A stretch of DNA of 64,000 nt, from NCBI GenBank assembly GCA_010093605.1, contig MU004191.1, positions 542,816-606,815 of the forward strand, written 5' to 3'. This document shows positions 1 through 14,400 of this stretch, one piece after another. Each line of letters begins with the position of its first letter. Position 1 is the first letter of the stretch. A program made the translations under genes and the position numbers. The stretch is from Lophium mytilinum (Eukaryota). The notes below the pieces were generated by a model. It had not been told where the DNA came from, made no database searches, and was given only the letters and a program-made list of their open reading frames with translations.

Positions 1-180
1 TCTGAAGGCGTTGATATATTCAAGAATACAAGAGATGAAAGACGACAAGGTAAAAGTAAAAAATACTCACACTGCTATCAGTATCACCAGTACAATCGCG
101 AAGAGAGCAGGAAGCACAATAGCGATAGTCGTAGTACCGCTCATATGGTCCGTCGAGTCGGGAGAAGTGTCGTTTGCCAT
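1..180 (-). CDS. 5' end (exon 1) of a probable single-pass membrane protein; gene runs off the window start
   Basis: ATG at 180 reads MANDTSPDSTDHMSGTTTIAIVLPALFAIVLVILIAV, a hydrophobic TM-like stretch. GTGAGT donor at 70 and a possible CAG acceptor at 4-2. Confidence 0.55.
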
Positions 181-1266
181 CTCTAATTTCTTGACGAATA
201 GCCCCGACCAACTTTGATATCGAGATCTGACTAAGGTCGCGAGGAGGATTGAATATATCTTTACCGATCAAGCGTAGTTATGCGTAACGTGATCAATAAA
301 AACAACCTAGTCTCAAGCGTTTCTTATCCTAGCCTCTCGTCCTGGTTGCTCCTCATACAAATACGCTCATCAACCCCCCTCGCACGGACGCCAGTCAGTA
401 TATTCTATCAGCTATCTCGAGACGCAGGACGGTGTTCCTGCGCACTCCAGACTCTTCGCGAAGGCACACACCGCACATGAGCAGTCAAAGACTTTATTTC
501 CGCGCTCCTGAGGTTGGATGTGCGGTGTTGCCCCTCACCTGATGCGCTGTTTGGCAAGATTAAAAAAGGGCCCGGGGAGAGGTCGCGCCACCAAGCCGGG
601 TTCGCGTGATCATGCGGCAAGCCGTCGACTGCGCAACGGGGCTGCCTCGGGCGGAAAGAAAGTCGTGGAAGATGCTTGGTTCTTCTTGTGTGACGAGGAA
701 GGCACATGCTGGCGAGGTTAGCTGTGATGTTGTGCGTCACAGATGCGAATGGGAGGGGGTCTGCGTGTTCGTTCTAAAGAAAAGCTGAGCGGGAATAGGA
801 GCGGGGCTGGGATTAGGTTGTCGCTCATAGCTGCGTTGAGAGGGGTTATGCGTCAGTGATATCGGTTTTGTGTGATGGAGATGCTGTCTCGGGAGCGGGG
901 GCGGGGCGCAGAAGTGAGGGGGTAGGTAGGTTGGTTGTGTGACAAGGGAGCTCCATCGTGATGCAAGAGCTTGCTTTTCATGAACTGTTATGTGTAGACA
1001 CGGGAGAATTAGCATAGTGGATAAGATAGCTCTTGAGCTTTCATAATTCAAATTTTGATTATGTGGTTTCGAAGTAAGCAACACCCTTGGAAGCCTTCTC
1101 CTCAGCATCCCAGACGCCATAGCTCCCCGAGAAAGCCAAGATCAACTTGCCCTCCATACCCGGAGCTTCATCAACTGAGTTCAGTAGTAGGCATGAGACC
1201 CGCATCCATTACTTCAACTAGCCCACCGGCTCCGCCCATCTCGTCCGGATATCCACAGCCACCAAC

Positions 1267-1869
1267 CTAGCTCTTCACGACAGCGACGAGGTAGTTTTCG
1301 CCGCCCACCGCTACTGCATGCACGAGCACATCCTCGCCGTATGCCCAGTCCTCCTTCTCACTGGACTCATCGTACTCCGCAAAGTCCGTCTTCTTGACAT
1401 CTTCATCCAGCAAGGTGGTTGCTGCCTTCTTGCTCGCCTCCTCACGTCCCTTGTATGTGCCCTCGATACTTGTCTCGCGCTTGCCGCCGCCACGGTCGAG
1501 GTTGTAGTGGATAGTTGTCTGCAGGATGTGGTATAGAGGGCCCTCAACCTTGCCGTCCGCATTGCCCACCAGCTCCGTGTCGTTCGGGGTCGTCTCGATG
1601 GCGACGGTGACGTTCTCGCCGTCTGTGACTTGAGCGAAGACTTGGAGGCCGTCAGGGTGCTTCCACTCGCCGCTGCCGTCCTTCACGTCGTAGACTTCGA
1701 AATTGCCCTTCTCGTAGCCTTCGTCGGTGAGAGCGGTTTTGGCTGCGGCTTTCGCGGCCGCAAGGTCGGTGTAGGTACCGCGGATGGCGACATTCTGCGT
1801 CGCGCCGGTCGGGTCGTTCTTGATGTCGTTGACCGTGCGCTTGATGTGGTAGAGTAGTTCGCCTGCCAT
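1267..1869 (-). CDS. Hypothetical acidic 200-aa protein built from two similar halves, intronless
   Basis: Clean ORF with CACAATG start context and strong C/G third-position bias. Internal repeat LYHIxxT...IxGTY...AxxxAxxxL. Confidence 0.85.
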   Translation of the reverse strand: MAGELLYHIKRTVNDIKNDPTGATQNVAIRGTYTDLAAAKAAAKTALTDEGYEKGNFEVYDVKDGSGEWKHPDGLQVFAQVTDGENVTVAIETTPNDTELVGNADGKVEGPLYHILQTTIHYNLDRGGGKRETSIEGTYKGREEASKKAATTLLDEDVKKTDFAEYDESSEKEDWAYGEDVLVHAVAVGGENYLVAVVKS

Positions 1870-4800
1870 TGTGATTGCTGAAGTGTAATTGATATAGGGA
1901 GTTGTTTGTGAGCTGATAGTAGTAGTTGTTGCTGTTGGATTGAATCGTGTAGATATGTACTCAGGTGAGGAAGTGGAGGTGATAAGTACTAGAAGATTCT
2001 GGCATCACCTGGTGTGTGGTGGCTAGGTCGACAAGTTTGCCTACATACTCGTGACCGCGGTGGTGTGACCATCTAGAAACGGAATTCCCTGGCCCTTTGA
2101 CGTATTTGATTAGTCAGGGTGCCGCATTCCAAAATATTCGACTCGATTCACGGTAACTGACAGAAAGACCTACAAGGTTCCATTGAACGTATGTTGAAAG
2201 GGTTTCCACCGTAGCAGGTAGCTCAGAGGGCTACCAGGCTTGCCAAAACCGTTGCATTATAGATTTTGATAATCTACCAATTGACCCTCAAGCAGTGCTA
2301 GGCAAGTATAATCGAGCTCGGGGAGAGTGCGCGCTTGAGAGAAAGAAGTTTTAGATTGGACAATGTCACGGAATTGTGAATAGCCACCCTTTGTTCAACG
2401 GAACCTGATTGATTGAAGGTAACAAGACCTATTAGGTCAGGGATGTGACCGACGATCTTAGGTAAGTCACACATAGTAGCATTAAAATATACTGCCTTCT
2501 CATGTTGCTTAAAAGCAGTTCGAAGTAGGAGAACGGCATATCTTACGATGAGACTATATTAGAAGAGGGTAGACCATCGACGCAATTACATCCCGCGAAC
2601 GTTTCAATATAGCGAAGAAAGTGCCAGTACTAGTTTGATTTTAATTTACTAGAAATTGCAAGAGGAGTAGTGCCTGGTAGCAAAAAGTCTTACGGGCAGA
2701 TTAGGGGAGTGATTGGCAATGAAGCACCTATGAAGAGGTAGAACAGGAAGAGATACGATCTTACGCTTCGCTCTCCAAAAATAGCTATGGGATAGGACTA
2801 GGGGCGGCGGTGATTTCGTTTACTCGCCACTGCCTGTGTTTATCTCGCTCGTTGAGTTTGAGTATTGCTAGCCGTTTCTAGGTCAATTACCTTCTCTTGA
2901 ACCCCCAAATTCGTCCTTGGATGTTGTCGTAAAAGCCGTAGGTAACGACACAGTTTGGACATGGAGATCTCGAACGGACATGGTCGCCACTCGGCATGCT
3001 TCGCCATCCTTCGCTGTCGCTAATTCGGGGTCGAGATCGGAATCTATGAATGAAACTGGGGAATACTGGTATTAGTGCATCCAGATTACTGCCTGCTTCC
3101 ACATCGTCAAAGTCGACTCCTCAAACTACACACGCTGATCGTCGTAAAGCACCTGTTGCACAAGTACAACAGCATGCAGAGCCTTCTGGAGCGGACGAAA
3201 TCGTGGTGAAGACGAAGAGATGGAGGGAAGATCAGCGGGAATTGCTTTTTCCAGTCGAGACGCGCTCTTCCTTCTTAGGTTAGTTGGAGAAATTCCCCGA
3301 CTCCACATCTCAGTATCCACCCACCCACCAAACACCCTAAAGCAACACACATACGAAGTCACTGCCCAGTGGTGTTCCGAGACAACTATGTGGACAGCAG
3401 CTATAGCATCGCAAGAACCCAGCGTTCCCATCCAACGGAGTCGACAGCTCGCTACCACTTCCACCGAAGAGCGAGACTGCAGGTGAAAACACCATTCTCC
3501 GTATTAACACCAGAGGAAAGGACACCCCCATGCCGAGGCGTCTTGAACCGCCAATATCATCCTATCCCAGCAACCTAAATGGCAGAGCCGAGTGTTCGTA
3601 CTCGACCGCCTCCCACTCCCTCCACCCGCAGCAAGCATGTGCTCCAGCCTGCAGATTGCCCCATGCCTCCCGAAACCTCCCCGCTCGCCACATTTCCCTC
3701 ACTCGCGCGTCACAGCCGCACTAGGACCGGGCCGGGGCGGGATATTCATTCTCGAAGCCTGCGCCCATGCTGCTGCGCTACCGAGACGCCGGCACCAAAC
3801 GTAGACAGACAGCGGCATCGGAATTGGGAAATAACCTGCCTCTTGTGGTGGCGAGAGTCGGTGTCGCTCGTCGGCAGAGCCGAGTATAGTAGATGTCGGT
3901 AAGCCGTCCCTGCCGTACTTCTCAGCAGCATCCAGGGCCTTTCCGCGGAATCGCAGCCGCATAAGGAAGGTTGATGCCTCAGCCTTCTCTCTTCCCCGCC
4001 CGTTCAGTGTTGACGGTAACGGTGGCGGCGGCGGTGGCTTCAGAGTCTGACCTCAGCTACCAGGCCCCCGGAATCTGAAAAATGGAGTAGCAGGGGTCTT
4101 TTGCGTCTACGTCCCCTATTCTCTCCGCCCTCCTCCAGCAGACTCACCGCTCACACTGGGGAAAAGTTTCCTAGCTAGCTTGCACCTGGAATGCCCATGA
4201 TCCTGCTCCGGCATCCCATTGTATCACCGCTCCAAATTTGAAACCCGCCTGTCCAGCAGCAGCCGCGCTTTCCCCGCCTCCCCAATCCTCCCGAGACACA
4301 GGATTCGAAAGTTATTGGGATGGATCGGCAAGGGGAGAGCGCCAGATGCAGCCCCTTCACAGGGGCTCGCTCGTATTCGACGATCAAACAACTGCGCCGT
4401 AAGAGAGCAGAGCGGCTAGGTGGCGAGCGGGAGAGCCCGCTGCCGGAATCTCACTGGCTAGTTTTGACTATGAATGGAGCCGAATGATACTAGCACGTTC
4501 GCGGGCATTGATGGAATTGTGTATGTGTAGAATCCAGTGTGCTAGGGGAAACCATTAATGGTACGAATCCATCAGCAGGCTATCTGATGAGAACGACCTG
4601 GACACATCAAGAACCATGACACTACACATACAAAAGCAAGGCGACGATAAGAAATCCAGCTATATCGATCCCGACAAAAAACCCACAGCAGCAGAAAAAA
4701 AAGGGCCGATACCGCAAGCCACCCTCCTGCAAACCCCAAAAGTATAATCCAACACACCCATCCCCCAAATCTCCACACAACGCCTCTCCAGCATCTAGAA

Positions 4801-7133
4801 CACCTCCCAGAAAAGAAAAAGTACTTTTCTTCAAACCAAAAACGCGCCGAAATGACACACTATTTTCTCACCCACGGTTCCCGCTGTTGCGTTCAGCCTC
4901 CCCACCCCTCTCTTTCTTCCCACCGACATTAGCCCGCCAGCCGCGCTCGCGTCCCGTCCGCCCGGCTGCCTTTGCCTCTTCGGCAATCTCGCCCCGACCC
5001 GCTCCCATCCGCACACGCCGCCCTTCTTTTCAAACCGCACGCGCACACCGCAGCAAAAACAATCCCTTAGCGCCAGGGCCCTAACCGCTTGCCCTAGCGC
5101 ATCCTGAGTGTCGGGTCCCAGTCCCGTTCGTTTTTCCCACGCGCGGGCAGAAAAAAGTTATCTATCTACAGTACAGTACATAACCCAGCAGCGAGGCAAG
5201 CCAGGGTGGTCGAACTGTCAGCAAGGGGCGGCTCAAAGTAGGCATTCCGGATTTCCGGATGACGCAGGATGCTTTTTTTGCGCTGCAGCGTCATCGGGCA
5301 TGAGATGGGGCAGCGTTCCTGCGTGTCGGGTCTGCCGTCAGGCCCAACTGCTCTTGCGCTTCCATGACTAGTGGGGTGCTGGGTGTGGAGCAATGGCGGA
5401 AAAGCTTTTTTCTGTTCTTCTGCAGTGAGCATGCTGGAAGTGGCTACGGGATTAGGTAGCTGGGTCCAGCGCGTTGGGCGCGCGTGCGTGAGAAAAGTGT
5501 CAGCAACCTCCGCCATCAGCCCAAGGCAGCGAGGGTGGGCGGGTGGGGATAACGCTGGGACAAGCCCTGGAAGCCCAGCGCGGTGGAAGGGCGGTGGAAA
5601 CCTTGGTCGGAAGCGTGAGCCGATAGGTGAGCGTGGCCTGACAGGCGTTTCTGCGATGCTGAAACCGCACCAGTTACTAGAGGTGGCGAAGGTTCCGAGA
5701 CTTTGGGTGAAGAAGCTAGGTTAGTTGCTACAGTAGGTGGTTATGGAGAGGACGTGACGTGGCAGCGGACGTTTTCGGGAAGAACGTTGAGCTGAGTTTA
5801 CGGGCTAGTCAAGCCGTGGGTGGAGATGCAAGAGAAAGGGGAGGGAATCGATGCGGGACGACGGTGTAGAGTGCGGGTTTTGGCCCAGGATGCTGCGACT
5901 GTTTCGGATCAGAGTCCGGTTTTGGCAACGCAGCCTTTATTTGATGTGCTGAGTGCGAGTGCGGCGTGAAGTGAAGCAGTACTAGGGACCGAACGTAGTC
6001 TTAAGACTATTTCTGCATAAATTGGGGTATTTCAAAATGTAGCTTGGTAGTAGCCACGCCAAGCACAGCCTGCGTCGGCGCCGCCAGTAAGAGACCAACG
6101 CCCAGAGCCCATCAAAAAGCATCGTCAGGCGCCAGATTTGTAGCAGGAGAGCCACTTGAAACATGGCAACATGAGATACAGAGAGTAGAGAGATGCGTCG
6201 ACCGGTGACAGGATATCGGGACCAAGATTTGAATGGCAACGAAGAAATCGACCAAAATGAAAGCCAGAAATGTGCACACAAATTTTTGCATCCATCCATG
6301 ACCCAGTAGAAACAGAGACTGGCCGAGAAGAAGAGGATTCAGGGCTCGGGAAGCATGACATGATGAGCCCGCACAAAATGCTTACACGAGCACCACGCCC
6401 GACTTTACCGGCCACACTACAAGTTGGGAAGAAAAGTCGTCAATAGACAGTTATTAGATAGGACGCGCGGGAATGCAAGATGTGACAACAAGAACACGAA
6501 GAAACCCATTGCGTGCCACACGCCGACTCTTCTTTCCTGTACACTCGAGGGGAGATGGTTGATTGGATAGCATGGATGACGATGGTGGTGAAGGAGATGG
6601 TATCGATGCTATGTGAATCCTGCATCCCAGTGAAGTGAGATGGCCCAGTGTACAAGTGCAATTGAACGGAAGAATAACCCAATAACCCGTTTTTTGATGC
6701 CCCGGTGCTCATTAATGCGCCTCCCCAGAATTGAAATTCGTAAATGGTCGAGCCGGTCGAGTCGGACGTGCTGAAGAGGAAGGTGGTGTGGTGTTTCGGC
6801 GAGGGCAATATGCATCGATCCATGGTGTCGGTCGGTCGTGCCGAAGTGGTCCCACCTGTCGAACACTGCCGTAACCAGGATTCAGCTCCTTCGCAGATGC
6901 AGGGTGTGGTAATCCCAATACTACGGTGACGCGGGCTTCCACGAGCTCGGTGTCGTGCATTCCATCGATATGTGGAGGAATGATGATCGAATCAAATCCG
7001 TCGGCGAGGTGCCCGAAAGTGGTCGCGCGGTCTTTTAGAGAGGTTCTAGCCGGGTTGAGATAGTGAGAGGCGTGTCACGGCAGTCGGAGATATTAAAGAT
7101 TAAGCTACGTGTCGTGTTTCGTGAGTTGATAGG

Positions 7134-8498
7134 TTATTGCTGCGGCCTCCGTGCGGTCCAGATATGTCTGTGGCGAGCAAGGGGTTAGTCCCGACAGTAA
7201 CGCCAATAATTGGTAGCACGGCCAGATGAAGGAATTGACTTACATGTTGTTGTACGCATGGATCTTTTTGTTACATATCTGCGACTTGACAGCTTCACAC
7301 AGCGGCCGAACGTGCTGGTTCAGGTCCCAATGGTTGACCCGTATGAAGGGTGCGATGCTCATGGCTTCCAGGCCCTCGGTGATGCCCAGGTTGTACCAGC
7401 GGCCAATATCCTTCTGATGCGGGTCGTTTGGCCACGAATTGTACGGTGCTCGTATTATCTGCTCCTGGATGTCGATGAAGCCGGCCGCCTGCAGCATCTG
7501 GCGGGTATTTTGTTGGTAGGCAATAGGACGGGAGGCGCGGCTGGTAGCGTCTCTTAGATATTCGTACCACCTCACGAGAGGACTGTCTGCGACCAGAGTG
7601 TGGTCGTCGCACTGGGGTTCCAGGTCAATCTCGACCTGCTCGATCCAGCCAGACCCTGGCTTGAGATGCCTTGGAAATGTTAGCGCGAGCTCTGTGCGCG
7701 CCGCACAGGAACGTACGTGAAAATGTTCTGGTACAGCTCAGGCCAGCTGGAGACGCTGCCACAGGCCATGCGCAGATGGATCAGGTCCCACGAATCCTGG
7801 CCGAGCGTCCAGGGGCTCTCGTAGTCGCGCGGAATGCGGAAGCGCAAGTTTGGCGGGATCCTGTCGGTCGAGGAGATCAGCATGGAGGCGGTGCTGGGCG
7901 GAAGACGGCGAACGCACTTTTCGGGCTGAATATTTACCAAATCAAGTCCCAGAACCTTCAATTGCAATGTCAGCTGCCTGCGGAGAGCGTGTCAGACGGA
8001 ATCGGGGGCGGCGAACCTCGGCGTTCAGATATCGGCTGCAAGGTAGCAAGAGGTTAGCTAACTAGGCGTGCAACCAGCAGAATTCCGACAAGGTCGGGGG
8101 GCACAAGACTTACTCTGCCATGTCAATGGCCCAGATGCCGGTACCACAGCCCAAGTCAAGGATGCGGGGCTCCCACTGTTGCGGCATTGGAGCCTGGTGC
8201 AGATGGTCTCTTCGTGCTACGAGGAACAGTTTGTGGTAGATGTCCATGCGGTCCTTCTCGAGCTGGCAACGCAGCGGGTCAGCGACGCCGGGGAAACACA
8301 CGTCGGGGCGCTCACCTCATCGCACGGGTACATGTAGATGCCGCGGCGGAAGCCATGATACAGGCGCCCGTTTTCAGAGTAGTTCCCAGAGACAGGGACG
8401 GCCAATCTGTCGCGGTCAGCGCGGGCGCGGGGACAACGTAGGGCGGCGTAGCACGGAGCGGGGCGCGGCACTCACCCATTTGAAGCCATCGTAACCAT
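7134..8498 (-). CDS. laeA: LaeA/Lae1 velvet-complex methyltransferase, global secondary-metabolism regulator (~307 aa, 8 exons)
   Basis: Exons 8498-8476, 8406-8316, 8262-8114, 8035-8017, 7955-7918, 7860-7717, 7669-7244, 7167-7134 (924 nt, all GT-AG). LaeA-type motifs [77 protein letters not shown]. Confidence 0.93.
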
Positions 8499-11400
8499 TG
8501 GAACTGTGGGAGCTCGCGTCCACGCTCGCGGGGGCCAGCAGCAGCCGTGCTGCGGGAGCAGAGCAAACCAGGCGGCGGGGGGCTGCGATTGCGGGTGGTG
8601 GTGGCGGAGGAGAGACGAGCGACGACGACGACCACAACAACGACGACGAGGAGGAGCTGAGGAGCGGCGAGCGGGCTGGCGACGGCGACGACGGCGACGG
8701 CGCGGGGAGAGGTATTAAGAGAGGCGGCCGGGGCTGGCAGGCTTAGGGGCCAAGGTGGAGGGCGAAGGTTTGGGAGGGCGAGCCGGGGAACGAGGACGGA
8801 TCAGGGCCAGTGATTGCGGGCATTGGGCGTATTATATCTGGCGCGGTGCCGTCTCTACGGGCACCAAATGCCATCAGGACAGGACAGGACCGACCCATGC
8901 ACGGGGCGCGCCTGGTGACACGGCACGAGCGAGCGTCTCCCGCGCCGGCAACGGGGCTGGAGGCTTTCTGCTAGAGCGCGAGAGAGCCCGCCGGTGGTGG
9001 CCAAGCGCAGGGTTCGTTGGGCAGTGTGGGCAGCGGGCAGCACCCCCAGCAGCGCATAACACGCCCGCTATTAAATAATGCTGCCCGTTCATGCGCCGCC
9101 GGGTCCAGCAGACACGCCCGCCGTCCACTGCCCGCTTTTCGTCCAGGCGGCGGCGTGTCGTGGCGGCGTCAATGATGCTCCAGCCGCTCCGGGCCACGGT
9201 TGAGCTCGACGACGTGCCTGGGACGAGCCCGACGAGCACCCACAGAGAGAGAGCTGTTGGGTGCAGTGGACGCAGACAGCCGGGGGCGCTGGTGAGGAGT
9301 GCGCCACGGTAGGGGCGGCCTCAGCGGTGGGCGATGCTGCGGTGGGAGAGGCCTGAGAGGCGGGCTCCTTGGGCGCGTCAAGGGCTGGGCGGCCTGAGAG
9401 TCCCAAACCAGATTTCCGGGTCTCGACAATCCCGGCAAAGCGGTTCTCCAAAAGAAATGACTGCGAACGCCCACCCCCTCGACGCCCTGCTCGACAGCCC
9501 TGCTCCACTGCTCAAACACTGCCAGCGAATCCCAGTCCGGCAGCGCGTCCGCCTCCGAGCTGCCCGCGCTGCCGAGTCATTCTCTTGACCACCATCCGTG
9601 GCCGCGTGCTGCTGGCACCAGGGCGCTGGCTCCGCCGGCCACGACTGCAGCGGACCGATGATGCACCTCGCCCACCGCTGGGAGTCGGGGTCCTCTAGGC
9701 GGCGCCTGTGTGGATGGTCTGCACTCCACAGCCCGGCCGGCCTCTTCTAGTCGCACTCGTTATCAGACGCGGCCGAGTGTGGTGGAGGTGCGATGCGCTG
9801 TTGGTTCCGTTAGCGCGAGTTTAGAGTGTGTAACTTACGGCTAGTATTAGGGATGTTTCAGCAAATGTGCGAGCCCTCCGGCCCGGAGCACGCCTATTCT
9901 GCCCTACCCGCCCGATACTTTACTGGGCCCCACACGGCCTCGAATACGAGCTTCACTCTTTCATCGAGGCACCATGTTTCACGTCGAAGGGCAGCAGGTA
10001 TGCTGGGCTAGCTAGCTATGTGCTGCTGCAGACACAGCAACAAAGGATGCAAGGACGCACTCTACTCTGCAGACTCCGTTCACTAGAGAAGCCGTGGTGA
10101 GTGCCGCAAACGTATTGAGCCAAAGCCCAGACCCAGAGCATCAGAGCATCATGGACTCCTGATGTGCCTCTAGCACCTAGCTTTCGAATGCCTAATTTAA
10201 GGCAGTCTCCTCTCCTGCCCGCCGTCCAGGTGGGCATCATGCACGCCAAGATGCTCGCAAACTCCACCAACACTTCGCGGCATCCACCAGCCCGCGACGA
10301 CGCAAGACACAGGTATGCCGCACAGAATGCACATCGGCCCTTTCTCAACGGCCGAGCCGGGGCCTGAGCCGCCTTGATTCACCTGTCCGACGCAGAGGTT
10401 ATCGCGAGCGGCCAATGGCTGTTCTCGAGCACGCTAGCTGCCCTCGGTCGAAGGCTGTTCTGCACCACCAACTCCAACGTCTTCCACCCATCGTGGCCAG
10501 CGGCGAAATCATCGGAACCAGACAGCCTGCTGGCGCTGCAGCCTTTCACATGCGCAGATGCGGCAGCGTGCAGCAAGGCCGACCACTCTGGCTCGTGGGA
10601 GACATGTTTCTGGAGCTGGCGCCCACGCAACACGCCCTCCTGCACGCGGCCATCCGCTGTCGAATTCTCCCGGCTCTCTTGCTCGGAGGATAGGGAGACT
10701 GCATGGAAGCACACTTGCTGCCGTCCGCAGCGCCGGTTCATCATCGGTCGTGCTTGTCATGGCACCACCACGACTGGCAGAACGTCTCGCCGTGTCAGTC
10801 CGCCTCTCGGGACCTTGCTGGACGCCGCGCTCTGGGACGCGGAAACTGCAGCTGGTACATTTGCACATGCATAGCGGCATGAGGTAAGATCAAGATCTGA
10901 GCGGGTTTTGCGCTGAGCAGCGAAAACATCCGTCGGGCTTCGCCGCCAGCTCATGGCGTCTCACTCCCTCACCGTCACTGGGGCGTCCCAGCAACAGGGC
11001 AGCGCGCGAGGAAGACGTCCCGTTCCGTGCCTCAAGCGTGTGGTCGTAGTTCTGCAAGGAGAGCCCAGGGAGCCGTTTGCCGATGCTGAAGAGGTGGAAC
11101 CTCATGAGAGGCAGTGCGGACAGACCCGACAACTTGGGTGAAAAAGAACATTTCCCAGATCCGCGGGCAGTGCGGAAAGCAAGCGATGGCGATGGCGAGT
11201 GGAGATTGGCTGATCTGGGCCGATGCGATGATGGGGAAGCTTCAGCAGGCAACGCTTGTCACATTGCAGCAAGTCCTGGGCGGCCTGAAGCCGCATCTGC
11301 ATGTACAGCAAATCATGGCCGCGTCGGTGGCACGCGTGCGACTCTCGACATGCACGCAAACAAGCCGCAATCACGCTCCACACGGCGCCTTTCACGCCGC

Positions 11401-14400
11401 CGTCTGCCCTCCGCTAGCCGACCTCTTGACGATATGGCCACCGCCAGCCGTCGGTGAGCAGCAGAGTGCTAGGGCGCCAGAACGTGGGCTTTGATGCATG
11501 AATCATGGGCGCGCATCTCCCAGCGGTGTGGTTCGCTCTCCAGGCTGACCAGGGAATAGCCTGGCGTGTTTTTAGCTGCCGTCTTCCCCATACGGTCCTC
11601 GGCAAGCAGCTTGCGCAGGCTCTGAGGACGATCGGAGCACGGTAAAAGCCTCTGACTCTGCAAGCTCCGGCGGGCTGGGAGCAGCGCGGCAACTGCGCAC
11701 GCGGGGCATAAAGAAGATGGCACTCTAGCTTTTCGAGAAGCAGCCCGGCGCTGGCAATCGTTCGCGTAATGCTACGTTTAGGGGTGGACAGAACACCCGT
11801 ATGCCACTTTTTTCCGGAAGGATCGCGCTGACCACAATTTCATGGTTCAAAGACGGCCCCACGACGCATGCGACACGCCTACGCTGACCAGCATGGTGGC
11901 GGATCAGACGGGAATCGAACAAGATGCAGCACTTGTCGCAGATAGACATCCCGTTGCCCTCCGCACTGCCAACCCGAATTCGAGACGGAGCTGCGTGCTG
12001 GGCGTCTTCCTTGCCGCCGTCGACGGACAATCAGTTCAAAACATCGTACGACAACCCCCGAACGGTGAAGCTGCTGCTGCTGACGCAGCGTGGGTGTGGG
12101 CAACAAGGCAGCACCATTCGTCTCGTGGCCCGCCTGCAGGCGAGGATGACGATCGATGCTCAGCACGCTCTGCCACTCTAGTCGCCTTCCCGGGTCAATC
12201 GCCCACCAGGATGCTCCGCGCACCCTCAGCCCTGGGCCTCGCCACTGGAAAAGGAGACCGCAACAATGCAGGTGGCCGTCACGGTACGGAGGCGGTGGGT
12301 GCAACCCTGCCGGCCTCCAGGGCGAGAGAAGCTACGGCGACGTCGCATACAGGGAAGCCTCCGAGCCGAGGGTGCGGGGAGGGAGAGGATGAATGCAGCA
12401 GGGCAGGCCTCAAAACTGGGGCATGACTTGTCCCTCTTGAAACATGGCTTGCTGTGCGCAGCGCCTTACTCGGCCGACCCAGACATCTGGGAAAGGCCCG
12501 GGGCCTGTGGTCGTTTCGAGTCTAGGAACCGCCGTGTTGGCGACGGCAACAGTTGCCCCAGTGCGGTGTCGAAGGCGGCCAGCGCGACACCAGGCAGTGC
12601 CCACGATACCATCTCCCATCGCGGGAGCCGTGCCACAGCCGCTTCAATTTTTAGAGTGCAGGTTAGCGCAGGCCCCAGGCAATCTTCGAACCTGGATGCT
12701 CGTGGATACGAGCTCTCATGCAGCAAACCGACCCAATCCAGAGGGCGTGAATAATGTGACTGCTCACGTTACACAACGAGCAGGCTGTCGTCCCCAAAAG
12801 CGTGTTTCGGCGCCGGTGGGGCATGCGGATCCCTCGAGACACCATGGTTGCTGACGATACTAACAGCGACCATCGTAATGTGGCAAGGTGCGAGCATCAG
12901 ACTTCATGGCGAGAGTGAGGCGCGTGTCCACGTACACACCGATGCTCAACCCAATTTGATCACGATGCAACCGAAATGACCGGCTTTGCAGCGCATAGAA
13001 CGGCCATCCCGGCCATAGCAGGCCGAGTGGATGGCTGACGGGTGCCTGCTTTTCTGCGATGGAGGGTGACGGCGAACTCGATTGGAACGCCCAGCGTGTC
13101 CTTCCCGCTCGTTCTACGTTGCGGCGGGCGGAGGCCATGCAGGTGGCCGCGATCATGCCAGTGCCCCAAAGACGCTGACTGCCAGGAACCGCCTGCGACC
13201 AACCTCGCATCGTCTCCTCTCGCCATAGGCCTATCAGGAATGCCCCGTGCCTCTTGCGGCCATCCACTGGTATTACACCGGGATACAAGGCGTTGCGGTG
13301 GCAGGAATGGTGGAGCAAATGCCTCGCACTGATCCCTCTCGAGCAGCACCACCAGCGGCAGCAGCGGAAGAGCTATCAAAGCAGAAGAGTCGGTCAGACA
13401 GGTGTGAGCTGGCTGTGAAGACGTGACGACAATTGAACGGGGGGCGATGCGGCCCCGCTGCCCCCTCTCCGGAGACATATGTCAGGCAAGCAAGGACAAG
13501 GAGTCGGGATGAAGCTGGGTGGTGTTGAGGAGGGCGTGTGAGTGGCGCCCGAAGCGCCATGCTTCTCTCAACATGAAAACCGTTTCCTGTCAAAAAACGC
13601 CCCGTCCCCCACGCCGGACCAGGACCACCCCACTCTCCGAGCTGTTTCCAGACGACAGCGCCGTGTCCCGACAGTCTGGCACCTTGAGCCCGCCCGAAAT
13701 GGCAATCCGCCTGGAGTTCTTCATCCGTTGCTGACCGCCAGCCCTCACTGCTGCCGTATCATTGGATATAGCTGTATTTCCTAGCAAGGACGCGTCTACG
13801 GAGTATTGTTGCTGGCAGGTACGGCATAATTGCCAGTGTTAGGCCTGACGACAAAGTCGCAACTAAGTATATGCCGCATGGCTTCACGCAGCAAGGCTGA
13901 GAGTCTACCCAAGCAGGCAAAGTACTACCAAAGGCCAAAATAAATGCCTCGGCCAATTCAGTCCACGCTAGACTGGAGGCGAATCTGCTCTCGCCTCCCT
14001 GCCCTCCAACCGCGGGCGACGGCAACATGAGGCCCAAGTCGAACGCACCCTGTCCCTGTACGAAGCGTTGTTCTTCTTATAGTGGATTTGCTACCGGCGG
14101 TTACCACTAGCTTCCGCACCCGCTTCACAGCCCATAACTCTGCCTGCCTCCGCGGACACAATCCATATGTGAAACAGTAGGCAGACAGCAGTCGTTACAA
14201 GGCATCCATTACACTGCCCAATATCCGAGGATCGACATTCCGGGTTTAAGAGAACCACTTGATATTGATAAGGATGAGCATCTAGACCGCTCTCTACGAT
14301 TAATGGAGTTTGTCTTTGCGCCACGAAGTCATAAACCACTCCTGGTAAGGTCGGTGCTGGCTTCTTTTGGTGTCTCCCCCGCGTATCGGCAGTTGGGAGA

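Noticed and set aside
2210..2250. tRNA-like GGTAGCTCAG A-box
   Set aside because: No T-loop GTTCRA or cloverleaf follows.
8749..9005. PacC-like GCCAAG sites upstream of laeA
   Set aside because: This hexamer is expected by chance in GC-rich DNA, and I cannot show enrichment.
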